DNA of 64,000 nt. Source: Puniceicoccales bacterium. Lineage in GTDB: Bacteria > Verrucomicrobiota > Verrucomicrobiia > Opitutales > JAIRLM01. The stretch covers positions 44,101 to 108,100 of the forward strand of contig JAISOW010000008.1 in the NCBI GenBank assembly GCA_031275345.1, read 5' to 3'. The notes under the pieces were generated by a model, which had not been told where the DNA came from, did not search any database, and worked only from the letters and a program-made list of their open reading frames with translations. Positions 43,514 to 53,400 of the stretch are shown piece by piece. The position numbers and the translations under genes were made by a program. Position 1 is the stretch's first letter. Every line of letters begins with the position of its first letter.

Positions 43514-44629
43514 TTGCCAAAGGCGGATGTTGTGGCTTTGGCGGAAATGGATGGCGCAATTTTTCAATCTTCGTTCTGGGGAGAATGGCCAATGCCCGGC
43601 CGGGAAGACGATGGGGTTGACCTGATTTGGAGGGAGGACGACTGGTGCCTGCAAAGCACGCAAAAACTTTGCCTGGAAGAGGCACTTCCCGCGGCCGGCG
43701 TGTACGGCAATTCACCGGCCCTGCAGACCGTACTGTCCTGTCTGCACCGGCGCGCCGAAGATCGGGACCCGGCGGTTTTTTGCGGAGCGGCGGGTGTGGG
43801 AAAGATTACATTTGCCAGGCTGCTGCATAGACTGCATTCCCACAATTCCTGCGCCTGCCAGCTGGTGTTCTGCCAAAATTTACTCGACGACCCTTCTCCG
43901 CAAACAAGTTTGCAGCAATGGCTACGGCGGCTGACGACCTGCGCACGGCCCAGCGCCATCCTGGTCCACCCGGAGGTACTGCCGACCGACCTGTGCGGCC
44001 AAATTCTAGCCGCGCTTTTGGGAAAAGAACACCCGGTGCGCATTCTATTGACCGTGGATGGACCCGTGGACGGCGTCGCGATGGACAGCGTTTGCCGCAA
44101 TCTGCCCGACGGCATGGGCAGCCTGCTCCGGGAGTGGGCCATCGCCGTCCCTTCTCTGGATGAACGGCGGCAGGACATTCGCCCCACCATTTTTGCCAAA
44201 TTGCGGGATTTGAACCGCCGCACCGGATTGGAAAAAAAGATTGCGGAACAGGCTTTGGAAGAATTGCAACGCCATGGAAACTATCGGCAAAATTTTGCCA
44301 CGCTTCTTCGCATGGTGGAAGATTTGCACGCCACCCACCCGGCCGTGATCTGCTCCGCGCAAAAAATGGGGCCGGCCGCTGGAAGGGAAGGGCAGAAATC
44401 GTCCATTGCCTGGGGTAGAAATTTTCATTTGCCAGCCTTTCTCGGCGCCGTGCGACGGATCATCGTCCACGCGGCACTGGAAAAAGCTGCCAACAACCAG
44501 GCGCAGGCAGCCCGATTGTTAGGAGTTCGGCCGCAAGCCATTAGCAAATTTCTCAAGGCTGGCAAGCGGATCCATGGATCATGCCAAATTGCGGCGACGA
44601 TGGTAAATGCTCTGCACGATGCCCTGTAA
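43514..44629 (+). CDS. sigma54-activator (bEBP/NtrC)-like AAA+ plus Fis-type HTH protein, degenerate, no receiver domain
   Basis: GNSPALQTVLSCL...VFCGAAGVGKITFARLLHRLH (Walker A), VRILLTV, VPSLDERRQDIRP and the C-terminal IIVHAALEKAANNQAQAARLLGVRPQAISKFLK (HTH_8-like). I find no GAFTGA loop, and Walker B reads ILVHPE. The start is uncertain (TTG 43514 or ATG 43547). Confidence 0.65.
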   Translation: MPKADVVALAEMDGAIFQSSFWGEWPMPGREDDGVDLIWREDDWCLQSTQKLCLEEALPAAGVYGNSPALQTVLSCLHRRAEDRDPAVFCGAAGVGKITFARLLHRLHSHNSCACQLVFCQNLLDDPSPQTSLQQWLRRLTTCARPSAILVHPEVLPTDLCGQILAALLGKEHPVRILLTVDGPVDGVAMDSVCRNLPDGMGSLLREWAIAVPSLDERRQDIRPTIFAKLRDLNRRTGLEKKIAEQALEELQRHGNYRQNFATLLRMVEDLHATHPAVICSAQKMGPAAGREGQKSSIAWGRNFHLPAFLGAVRRIIVHAALEKAANNQAQAARLLGVRPQAISKFLKAGKRIHGSCQIAATMVNALHDAL

Positions 44630-45811
44630 AATGCAGCACACGGTGAGGAAGGAGCCGCCACTGCTCAAAAAGGGCAGGGGAACGCCGGTGATAGGCATCA
44701 ATCCAAGGGTCATGCCCATGTTCACCGCCACGTGCATGAGAAGAAAAAGGGCTATGCCGGTGGCGAGGTGGCGGCCGAAACGATCCCTGGCGGATGCGGC
44801 AATGCGCAGGTTGCCGTGAATGAGCGCCGTCAGCAGCACCAGCGCCGCAAGGGATCCGAGCAGGCCCCGCTCCTCCGCCAGGACGGAAAACAAAAAATCA
44901 TTGGTGGAGACGGATCTAGGAAGATAGCCCAGCTGGGCCTGGCTGCTGTCCACCGCACCCTTGCCGGCCAAGCCACCCGTGCCAACGGCGATGAGTGACT
45001 GGCGCAAATTCCAGCTGATGCCCGTTCCGCCCGGGTCCACCACGGCCGGAGCAATGAATCCCAGAATGCGGTTGCGCTGGTAGTCGCGCAGAGGAAGAAG
45101 GGAGTGGGCCTGGTAGAGGCCGGCATGGCGGTCCGGCCGCAACCCATTTTCATCCAAAAAATTTCGATAGCGGTAGATGTCCCAGGTGAGCAGGGCAAGG
45201 AACAGCACGGCAACGGCAAAAAATAGAAGAAAAAAGCGGCCGGATAGTTCGGAAAGAAATAGTAGGGCTAGCAGCACCGGAGGGAGAATGAGGGCAGAGC
45301 CCAGGTCCGGCTGGAGAAAAATGAGCAACCAAGGCAGGAAAAAAATGGCCAAAAGGCGGACCAGCGCGGCCCGCGATGCGCGCAATGAATCGATCTTTTC
45401 TCCGGCCAGAAGGGCCGACATCATCACAAGCGTGGTAAACTTGGCCACTTCGGCCGGCTGCAACTGCATGCCAAGAACACGAATCCAGCGCAGGGCGCCG
45501 TAGTGACTAACCCCAAGCGGCGTCCAGACGAGGAGCAGCAGAAACAGGCCAGCGGCGTAGAGGCTATGGGCATGGCGGCGAAAAAAATGGTAGTCCAGCT
45601 GCGCACAGGCGCAGTAGAGCAGTAGGCCGATGGAAAACCAAATCAGCTGACCCTTCCACTGGTCGCCCTGGGAAATCATTTGCGCCGTGCGGATGGTGGA
45701 AATGCCCAGCAATCCGAGGCAGAGGATGCAGATTGGGCCGATGGGATCCCAGCTGGCATTCGCCGTGAGCAAAATGTGCCGGCGGGGAAGTTGATAGGCG
45801 GATCGGGACAC
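44579..45811 (-). CDS. SEDS-family peptidoglycan glycosyltransferase (RodA/FtsW)
   Basis: 410 aa, ~10 TM segments, with LGYLPRSVSTNDFLFSVLAEERGLLGS...TGVPLPFLSSGGS. Confidence 0.85.
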   Translation of the reverse strand: MSRSAYQLPRRHILLTANASWDPIGPICILCLGLLGISTIRTAQMISQGDQWKGQLIWFSIGLLLYCACAQLDYHFFRRHAHSLYAAGLFLLLLVWTPLGVSHYGALRWIRVLGMQLQPAEVAKFTTLVMMSALLAGEKIDSLRASRAALVRLLAIFFLPWLLIFLQPDLGSALILPPVLLALLFLSELSGRFFLLFFAVAVLFLALLTWDIYRYRNFLDENGLRPDRHAGLYQAHSLLPLRDYQRNRILGFIAPAVVDPGGTGISWNLRQSLIAVGTGGLAGKGAVDSSQAQLGYLPRSVSTNDFLFSVLAEERGLLGSLAALVLLTALIHGNLRIAASARDRFGRHLATGIALFLLMHVAVNMGMTLGLMPITGVPLPFLSSGGSFLTVCCILQGIVQSIYHRRRNLA

Positions 45812-45962
45812 GGGTGTAGCATGGATGGGAGGCGGGGAGAGAAAAGATTTTTCAAGGAGGAGACGGGGCGCGAATTTCTAGCAAAAAAATCTTGACGCAC
45901 CCAAAGCACCCATTCACCTTGGGCAACAAGTGGGGCGCTGTGGAAAATTTTGCGCCCCGGTG

Positions 45963-46038
<76 letters not shown>

Positions 46039-46072
46039 TCGGTTTTGGTCTAATAGAAAAAGAGAGAACGCT

Positions 46073-47263
46073 ATGGCAAAGGAAAGCTTTCAACGGAAAA
46101 AGCCCCACGTAAATGTTGGCACCATTGGCCATGTTGACCACGGAAAGTCCACCCTGACCACCGCCATTTTGCGGGTTCAGGCGGACAAGGGCTTGGCCCA
46201 GTTCAAGTCCTATGCGGACATCACCAAGGGCGGCACGGTGCGCGACGAAACAAAGACGGTGACCATCGCCGTTTCCCACGTGGAATACGAAAGCGACAGG
46301 CGGCACTATGCCCACGTGGACTGCCCCGGCCACGCCGATTTTGTAAAAAATATGATCACGGGCGCAGCGCAGATGGATGGCGCCATTTTGGTTGTTAGCG
46401 CCGCCGATGGCCCGATGCCGCAAACGCGGGAACATATTTTGCTGGCCCGCCAGGTGGGCGTGCCCCGCATCGTGGTTTTCCTCAACAAGGTGGACCTGCT
46501 GGACGATCCGGAATTGCTCGAGCTCGTGGAAATGGAAATCCGCGACCTTTTGACAAAGTACGAATTCGATGGGGACCGCATTTCCGTCATCCGCGGTTCG
46601 GCACTGGCAGCCCTTGAGGGCAAGCCGGAGGGTGTGGCAGCCATCGCCGCACTGCTGGAGGCCGTGGACCGGGACATTCCGGAGCCCCAGCGGGAAATTG
46701 ATAAACCATTCCTCATGTCCGTCGAAGATGTGTTTTCCATCACGGGCCGCGGCACGGTTGCGACGGGCCGCATCGAGCGCGGCATTATCAAGGTGGGGGA
46801 CGAGGTGGAAATCGTGGGCCTAACCGAGACGCGCAAATCCGTCGTGACCGGCGTGGAAATGTTTCGCAAGCTGCTGGACCAGGGCCAGGCCGGCGACAAC
46901 GTGGGCGTGCTGCTGCGAGGGGTTGAAAAAAATCAGGTAGAGCGGGGCCACGTTCTGGCAAAGCCGGGCACCATCAAGCCGCACACAAAATTTAGGGCCG
47001 AAATCTATGTCCTATCAAAGGATGAGGGTGGTCGGCATACCCCATTCTTCGACGGTTACCGTCCACAATTCTACTTCCGCACGACAGATGTGACCGGCGT
47101 AATTAAACTGCCGGAGGGGACGGAAATGATGATGCCGGGCGACAACCTTGGCATTGAGGTTGCGTTACAGAAGGCTATTGCCATGGAGAGAGGCCAACGC
47201 TTTGCCATTCGCGAAGGCGGCAGGACGGTTGGCGCAGGTCGTGTGACGGAGATTTTGGAGTAG
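46073..47263 (+). CDS. tuf: elongation factor Tu
   Basis: [18 protein letters not shown]...[25 protein letters not shown]...NKVDL, 396 aa. Confidence 0.97.
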   Translation: MAKESFQRKKPHVNVGTIGHVDHGKSTLTTAILRVQADKGLAQFKSYADITKGGTVRDETKTVTIAVSHVEYESDRRHYAHVDCPGHADFVKNMITGAAQMDGAILVVSAADGPMPQTREHILLARQVGVPRIVVFLNKVDLLDDPELLELVEMEIRDLLTKYEFDGDRISVIRGSALAALEGKPEGVAAIAALLEAVDRDIPEPQREIDKPFLMSVEDVFSITGRGTVATGRIERGIIKVGDEVEIVGLTETRKSVVTGVEMFRKLLDQGQAGDNVGVLLRGVEKNQVERGHVLAKPGTIKPHTKFRAEIYVLSKDEGGRHTPFFDGYRPQFYFRTTDVTGVIKLPEGTEMMMPGDNLGIEVALQKAIAMERGQRFAIREGGRTVGAGRVTEILE

Positions 47264-47291
47264 GGAGCTATGCGCCACCACCGGACGGCGG

Positions 47292-47333
47292 GGCGGTAAA
47301 AAAATGTCTTGCTTTTTTTTTGCCGCCATTTTT
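47292..47333 (+). terminator. candidate intrinsic terminator after tuf
   Basis: GGCGGTAAAAAAA (47292..47304) pairs with TTTTTTTTTGCCGCC (47313..47327) around an 8-nt loop, followed by ATTTTTG. The stem is A/T-rich, so strength is uncertain. Confidence 0.4.
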
Positions 47334-47358
47334 GTAATGGCTCGCTGCGTTTCGCAGG

Positions 47359-47435
47359 AGGGGAATAGCTCAATTTGGCAGAGCAACGGTCTCCAAAACC
47401 GTAGGTTGGGGGTTCGATTCCCTCTTCCCCTGCCA
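47359..47435 (+). tRNA. tRNA-Trp (anticodon CCA), CCA end encoded
   Basis: AGGGGAATAGCTCAATTTGGCAGAGCAACGGTCTCCAAAACCGTAGGTTGGGGGTTCGATTCCCTCTTCCCCTGCCA, with anticodon arm ACGGT-CTCCAAA-ACCGT. Confidence 0.9.
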
Positions 47436-47467
47436 GCTGCGGCGGTTGGGATGGGGGAAGGTAGTTT

Positions 47468-47671
47468 GTGGGCGCATTGTTAGGAAGGACGAGGCGGTTT
47501 TTTGGCGAAACGGTGGCGGAGCTGCGAAAGACGTGTTGGCCAACCGTTGCCGAATTTCGTCGCGCAACGGAGGTGGTTTTTATGGGGGCACTCGCCCTCG
47601 GATTTTTTGTGGCATTGGCGGATTTTTCTCTCTTCCAGGCCATTCATCTCCTTGTGGACCTGGTGCGGTAG
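47468..47671 (+). CDS. secE: preprotein translocase subunit SecE
   Basis: GTG start, 67 aa: FFGETVAELRKTCWPTVAEFRRATEVVFMGALALGFFVALADF. Position between tRNA-Trp and nusG. Confidence 0.85.
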   Translation: MGALLGRTRRFFGETVAELRKTCWPTVAEFRRATEVVFMGALALGFFVALADFSLFQAIHLLVDLVR

Positions 47672-47679
47672 TTGCGGCA

Positions 47680-48288
47680 ATGGATGATGGAATGGATGGT
47701 GGCACACCCGCCGATGCGGCGGATGACGGTGCGTCCAGCTTTCGCTGGTACGCATTGCAGGTGCTTTCTAACTATGAGGCGCGGGTGCAGCGCGCCATTC
47801 CACTTCAAGCGAAGCGTCTTGGCCTTAGCCACCGCGTGGGAAGAGTTTTGTTTCCAGTAGAAAACATCTGCGACGTGCGCAATGGCCAACGGCGACTGCG
47901 TCGGCGCAAGTTATATCCGGGCTACCTATTCGCGGAACTCGATCTTTTCGATGAACAGAATATTTTGTGCCACGATCTGTGGCAGTTGTTAAGAGGGATG
48001 CAGGGGGTGTCGGGATTTGTTGGATCCGACCAGCTCATACCCCTTAAGCAGCAGGATGTTGACACCATTCTGGCCCAGGTGGCGGTCCAGGACGAGGTGC
48101 GAAAGGTGGGCCATCTGTATGAAGTTGGCACGCCGGTAAAAATTACCGACGGACCATTTTCCGGTTCAAGCGGCGAGGTGGAAAGCGTGGACGAGGAGGC
48201 CGGAACCCTGCGCGTCGCCGTCGGACTTTTTGGACGGAAGACACCGGTGGACCTCGAGGTTTGGCAGGTGGCAAAGGAGGAGGTTTGA
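47680..48288 (+). CDS. nusG: transcription termination/antitermination factor NusG
   Basis: WYALQVLSNYEARVQ... (NGN) and the C-terminal KOW VGTPVKITDGPFSGSSGEV. The start is at ATG 47680 after the secE stop. Confidence 0.9.
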   Translation: MDDGMDGGTPADAADDGASSFRWYALQVLSNYEARVQRAIPLQAKRLGLSHRVGRVLFPVENICDVRNGQRRLRRRKLYPGYLFAELDLFDEQNILCHDLWQLLRGMQGVSGFVGSDQLIPLKQQDVDTILAQVAVQDEVRKVGHLYEVGTPVKITDGPFSGSSGEVESVDEEAGTLRVAVGLFGRKTPVDLEVWQVAKEEV

Positions 48289-48294
48289 GCAGCG

Positions 48295-48729
48295 ATGGCC
48301 GTGGTAAAGAAGAAGGTTGTGCGGGTGATTCGATTGCAGTTGCCGGCCGGGGAAGCAAATCCTGCGCCGCCGGTTGGACCGGCTCTTGGCTCTGCAGGCG
48401 TGAATATTATGAACTTTTGCAAAGAGTTCAATGCCAAAACGGCGGACCAGAAGGGCATGATCCTGCCAACGGTCATCTCTGTCCACGCCGACAAAAGTTT
48501 CACATTTGTTCTCAAGTCACCGCCGGCCGCCGTGTTACTCAAGAAATTCGCCGGAGTTAAGGCTGGATCCGGTACGCCGAATCGAACAAAGGTTGGCTCG
48601 GTAACCAGGGTCCAAGTTGAAGAAATTGCCACCATTAAGCGGGATGATCTCAATGCGGAGGACCTGGAAGCGGCCATGCGCATGGTGGAAGGCACGGCGC
48701 GCAGCATGGGAATTACCGTCACCGCCTGA
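48295..48729 (+). CDS. rplK: 50S ribosomal protein L11
   Basis: [38 protein letters not shown]. Confidence 0.95.
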   Translation: MAVVKKKVVRVIRLQLPAGEANPAPPVGPALGSAGVNIMNFCKEFNAKTADQKGMILPTVISVHADKSFTFVLKSPPAAVLLKKFAGVKAGSGTPNRTKVGSVTRVQVEEIATIKRDDLNAEDLEAAMRMVEGTARSMGITVTA

Positions 48730-48738
48730 GGAAGGACT

Positions 48739-49428
48739 ATGAAAAAACGCAGTAAACGCTATGCGCAGAATCAAAAAATACTGCCGGACGGTGGGGTGTC
48801 CATAGATGTGGCCGTCACGACGTTGCAGGCAATGGCAGGGGCCGGGTTTGATGAATCGGTGGAGTTGGCTTTGCACCTCGGCGTCGATCCCAAGCAGGGG
48901 GATCAGATGGTGCGTGGCATCGTAAAATTGCCCCACGGCAGTGGCAAAACCGTGCGCGTTGTGGCATTTACAGATGACGTCGATGGGGCGCTGGCAGCCG
49001 GAGCGGACCATGCCGGACTGGAAGATTTGGTGGCGCGCATTCGGGACGATGGCTGGTGCGATTTCGACGTGGCCGTTGCCAAGCCGGAGGCAATGACCGC
49101 CATTCGTCCCATTGCCAAGATCTTGGGCCCGCGAGGGCTCATGCCCAGTCCAAAGGCCGGCACGGTGGCGGAGGACATTGGGGTTGCCATCCGTGACGTA
49201 AAAGCTGGCCGCTGTGAATTTAAAATGGACAAAACTGCCAACGTGGCGCTGGTTGTGGGGAAAAGGTCGTTCGACGCGCGAATGTTGCAGGAGAATATTC
49301 GGGCAACGCTGACCGAAGTGGTCCGTTCCAAGCCCCAGGCCGTGCGGGAACGGTTCGTGCGCTCGGCGACGCTCAGTTCTACCATGGGGCCTGGCATTGT
49401 GCTTGATTTGAGAGAACTACAGGCCTGA
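48739..49428 (+). CDS. rplA: 50S ribosomal protein L1
   Basis: FDESVELALHLGVDPKQGDQMVRG...LPHGSGK...GPRGLMPSPKAGTV. Confidence 0.95.
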   Translation: MKKRSKRYAQNQKILPDGGVSIDVAVTTLQAMAGAGFDESVELALHLGVDPKQGDQMVRGIVKLPHGSGKTVRVVAFTDDVDGALAAGADHAGLEDLVARIRDDGWCDFDVAVAKPEAMTAIRPIAKILGPRGLMPSPKAGTVAEDIGVAIRDVKAGRCEFKMDKTANVALVVGKRSFDARMLQENIRATLTEVVRSKPQAVRERFVRSATLSSTMGPGIVLDLRELQA

Positions 49429-49446
49429 ACGGAGGAGATTAGCATT

Positions 49447-49983
49447 GTGCGTGAAGAAAAGAAATTGCTGGTTCATGAGGCCGTGGCGCACCTGGGAAAA
49501 TCCCGCCACACCTATGTTGTTGGCTTTAGCCATCTCACAGTCGGCGATGTGTTCGCATTGCGCAAGCTACTGAGGGAAAAGGGCGCGGAATACCATGTGG
49601 TAAAAAATTCCGTTCTGGGCCATGCACTTCGCGAAGGTGGATGGCCGAAGCTGAATCCTACCGCTCTGTGCGGCCCGACCGCCATTGTCACAGGCGGCCA
49701 GGATGCGTCAGCAGTGGCAAAGGTGCTGTGTGAATTTGCTGGCGAAAAGGGTCGAGAGGGCAAGTTGACGGTGAAGGGTGGCGCACTGGATGGCAAAGCC
49801 TTGGCTGCGGCGGACGTGACAACGCTTTCCCAACTGCCGCCTCTGGACGAGCTGCGAGCCAGATTGCTGGCACTGCTGCAGGCTTCGGCACAGAATTTGC
49901 TTCGCCTGTGCCAGGCGGCTGCGCAGAGTTTTTTTGGAATTTTGCAAGCATATGCAAGAAAAACAGTGGAGGAGTCGAACTAG
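49447..49983 (+). CDS. rplJ: 50S ribosomal protein L10
   Basis: GTG start, 178 aa. Position between rplA and rplL; contains LRKLLREKGAEYHVVKNS. Confidence 0.9.
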   Translation: MREEKKLLVHEAVAHLGKSRHTYVVGFSHLTVGDVFALRKLLREKGAEYHVVKNSVLGHALREGGWPKLNPTALCGPTAIVTGGQDASAVAKVLCEFAGEKGREGKLTVKGGALDGKALAAADVTTLSQLPPLDELRARLLALLQASAQNLLRLCQAAAQSFFGILQAYARKTVEESN

Positions 49984-50041
49984 GAGCAATGTTTCTTAAA
50001 TGGTTGCAGGGGCAGCCGCTAGTTGATTTCGGGAGGATGTG

Positions 50042-50419
50042 ATGGCGGAAATTACGAAGGAACAGGTGATTGAATGGCTTGGTGCCAGGTCGGTGATTGA
50101 AATTGCTGCACTGGTCAAGGAGTTGGAGGAAAGGTGGGGAGTCAGCGCAGCAGCTCCGGTCGTTGCAGCTGCCGTTGCCGCACCGGTGGTCACCGAAGAA
50201 GAGGAAAAGACGGAATTTACCGTCATGCTCCTGTCCGGGGGCGATGCAAAAATCAATGTGATCAAGGAAATTCGCGCCCTGACAGGTCTGGGACTCATCG
50301 AAGCAAAAAATATGGTGGAGGGAGCTCCCAAGGCGATTAAGGAAGGCATTGCCAAGGCAGAAGCAGAGGAAATGCGAAAACGTTTGGAAGCCGTTGGGGC
50401 CAAGATTGAATTGCGGTAA
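50042..50419 (+). CDS. rplL: 50S ribosomal protein L7/L12
   Basis: [13 protein letters not shown]...[33 protein letters not shown]. Confidence 0.95.
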   Translation: MAEITKEQVIEWLGARSVIEIAALVKELEERWGVSAAAPVVAAAVAAPVVTEEEEKTEFTVMLLSGGDAKINVIKEIRALTGLGLIEAKNMVEGAPKAIKEGIAKAEAEEMRKRLEAVGAKIELR

Positions 50420-50497
50420 ACGATGCCACCGCGAAGTGAAATGGGTTCGTGCGACGTCCTGCGTGGATGGCGCACAATTTTTTAGAAAGGCAATGCC

Positions 50498-53400
50498 ATG
50501 GCTGAACGTGTCCATTTTGGAAAACTGAAGGAGACAATTGCGGCGCCGAATTTTATTGAAATTCAAACCGATTCATTTCGCGATTTTTTGCAGCTGAATG
50601 TGCCGCCCGAACGGCGGCTTAATGCTGGCCTTCAGGGAGTTTTTCTAGATTCTTTTCCAGTAGAAAGCTACGATGGCCGCTGCCGCCTGGAGTTTGTTTC
50701 CTACCGCATCGGTGAGCCAAAGCATGAGGATGCGGCCTGCCTGCGCGATGGGATAACCTATGGGGCAGGACTTTATGTAACACTACGCCTCTGCGAAGAG
50801 GGCAATGCGCGCGAAGAGGAGGTGCTTTTTGGCGACATGCCCCTCATGACGGAGCGGGGATCCTTCATCATCAATGGAGCTGAACGGGTTGTGGTCAGTC
50901 AGCTGCACCGCACGTCCGGGGTCAGCTTTGAGGAAAGTGAGCACGTGAGCGGCAAGAAATTGTTTGCCGCGCGCATCATTCCCGACCACGGGACCTGGAT
51001 CGAAATGCAGTTCGATCCCTATGACCAGGTGTACGTCTATCTGGATCGGCGGCGTAGAAGGCGTAAATTTTTGGCCACGACGTTTTTACGTGCCATGGGG
51101 CACGGCTCGGACCTGGACATTCTGCGCCTGTTCTACGACGTACGCATGGAGCCAGTTGACCAATTGCGAGGAAATGCGGAAGATCTATCCCACCTGATTT
51201 TGGCGGATGACATCATCGATGCCCAACAGGGTATCGTGCTGGCCCGCGCCTATGAAACCATCACCCATACCGCCGTTGAATCCTTTGCCCAGGCCGGAGT
51301 GGAAGAAATTCAGGTCGTGGACACTTCGCTGGATGGTGGCCTGCTGGTGCGCACGCTAAAAAAGGATACCACGCGCAACACGGATGAGGCGCTCTACGAA
51401 ATTTACATGCGATTGCGACCGGGCGAGCCCCCCACCATTGTCAATGCACAAACCTTGCTCAAACGATTGTTTAGGGATCCGCGGCGCTACGACTTGGGCC
51501 GTGTCGGGCGCTACAAATTGAACCAAAAATTGGGCCTGCAGCGGCCATTGGATGATCGGCTGGTGTCCACGGAGGACATCGTTGCATCGCTCAAATTTTT
51601 ATTCCAGATTCGCCTCGGCAAGCAGCAAATGGATGACATCGACCACCTGGGCAATCGGCGGGTGCGGACGGTTGGAGAATTGCTGGCGAATCAGTGCCGA
51701 TCCGGACTGGTTCGCATGGAGCGGCATACCAGGGAATGCATGAGCCTCTACGACCAGAGCGTCGATTCCATCACGCCCCAAAAGCTGACAAATCCAAAAC
51801 TGTTCATGGCGGTGGTGCGGGATTTTTTTGCCCGCAGCCAACTTTCCCAGCTGATGGACCAGATCAATCCTCTGTCGGAGCTGACCCACAAGCGGCGCAT
51901 CTCGGCCCTTGGTCCAGGTGGCTTGAGCAGGGAACGGGCCGGATTGGATGTGCGCGACGTCCATCCATCCCACTATGGTCGCATTTGTCCCATCGAATCG
52001 CCGGAAGGGCCAAACGTCGGACTCATCAATTCGCTCAGCACCTATGCGCGATTGAATGAGTTTGGTTTCATTGAAGCCCCCTACGCCGTGGTCAAAAAGG
52101 GGAAGCCGACCGACGTGGTGACGTACCTCAACGCCGACGAAGAAGAAAATTTTAAAATTGCCCAGGTGGATGCGTGCCTGGACGGTGCGGGAAAGCTAAA
52201 AGGTGCCATTGCCGTACGTTTCCGCGATAAAATTGTGGATGTCGAACCGGGCGATGTGACGCATCGGGACGTGTCTCCCAGGCAGCTTGTTTCGCCCACC
52301 ACCAGCCTCATCCCATTTTTGGAGCACGACGATTCCAGCCGCGCCCTGATGGGGGCCAACATGCAGCGGCAAGCGGTCCCACTTTTGACCCCCGAAGCAC
52401 CGCTGGTGGGAACGGGCGTGGAACAAAAGGTAGCCCAGGACTCGCGGGCCATCGTGCGGGCAGAACGGGATGGCATCGTTGCCTACGTGGATGCCCGCCT
52501 GATCGTTTCCACCGAAGATGGCCGTCTGCCGACCGACTTCGATCCAAATGATAATCCGTCGTCGGATGGAACAATGGCGGTGTACAAACTACGAAAATTT
52601 TTGCGTTCCAATGCCGCAACTTCTTTCAATCAACGGCCGCGGGTGCAGCGGGGCGATCGCATACGTGCGGGAGAATTGCTGGCCGACGGTGCGGCAACGG
52701 AAATGGGCGAGCTAGCACTGGGGAGGAATGTGCTAGCCGCGTTCATGCCCTGGAATGGTTACAACTTTGAAGATGCCATCCTGCTCAACGAGCGCATGCT
52801 GCGGGACGAGGTGTTCACGTCGCTGCACATCGAAGTTTTTGAGATTGTTGCCCGGGATACGAAGCTTGGCCAGGAAGAAATTACACGGGACATCCCCAAC
52901 GTGGGCGATGAGGCGCTTCGCAATTTGAATCGGGATGGCATCGTGCGCATCGGAGCAAAGGTTTGTCCCGGCGACATTCTCGTTGGAAAAATTACGCCAA
53001 AGAGCGAAACGGATCTGGCACCAGAGGAAAAATTGCTGCGGGCTATTTTTGGAGAAAAGGCTGCGGAGGTAAAAAATTCTTCCCTGCTCGCACCGTCCGG
53101 CTGCTACGGCATCGTCATGGACGTAAGAACGTCGACCTCCAACCAGGGGGAAATGGCCGAGATGTCGGCCTCTGAAATACGGCGGCAGGTCAAAAAAGTG
53201 AACGAAGATTTTCGCAAACAGATGGATGAAATTCGGGAAGGACTGACCGAAGCACTGTCCAATATTCTGCTGGGCGAAAAGATTCCCCTCGATATCACAA
53301 ATGGAGAAACCGGGGAATTGATCATTCCTGCCAATCGCAAAATCACAAAAACTTTGCTGCGCAAGTTGGCAGCAGCGGCGGACAAGGTCCAAATTGACGA

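Noticed and set aside
47446-47679. The N-terminal 78 codons of ORF 47446..48288 as part of NusG.
   Set aside because: This segment overlaps secE (47468..47671) in another frame. NusG homology begins after ATG 47680.
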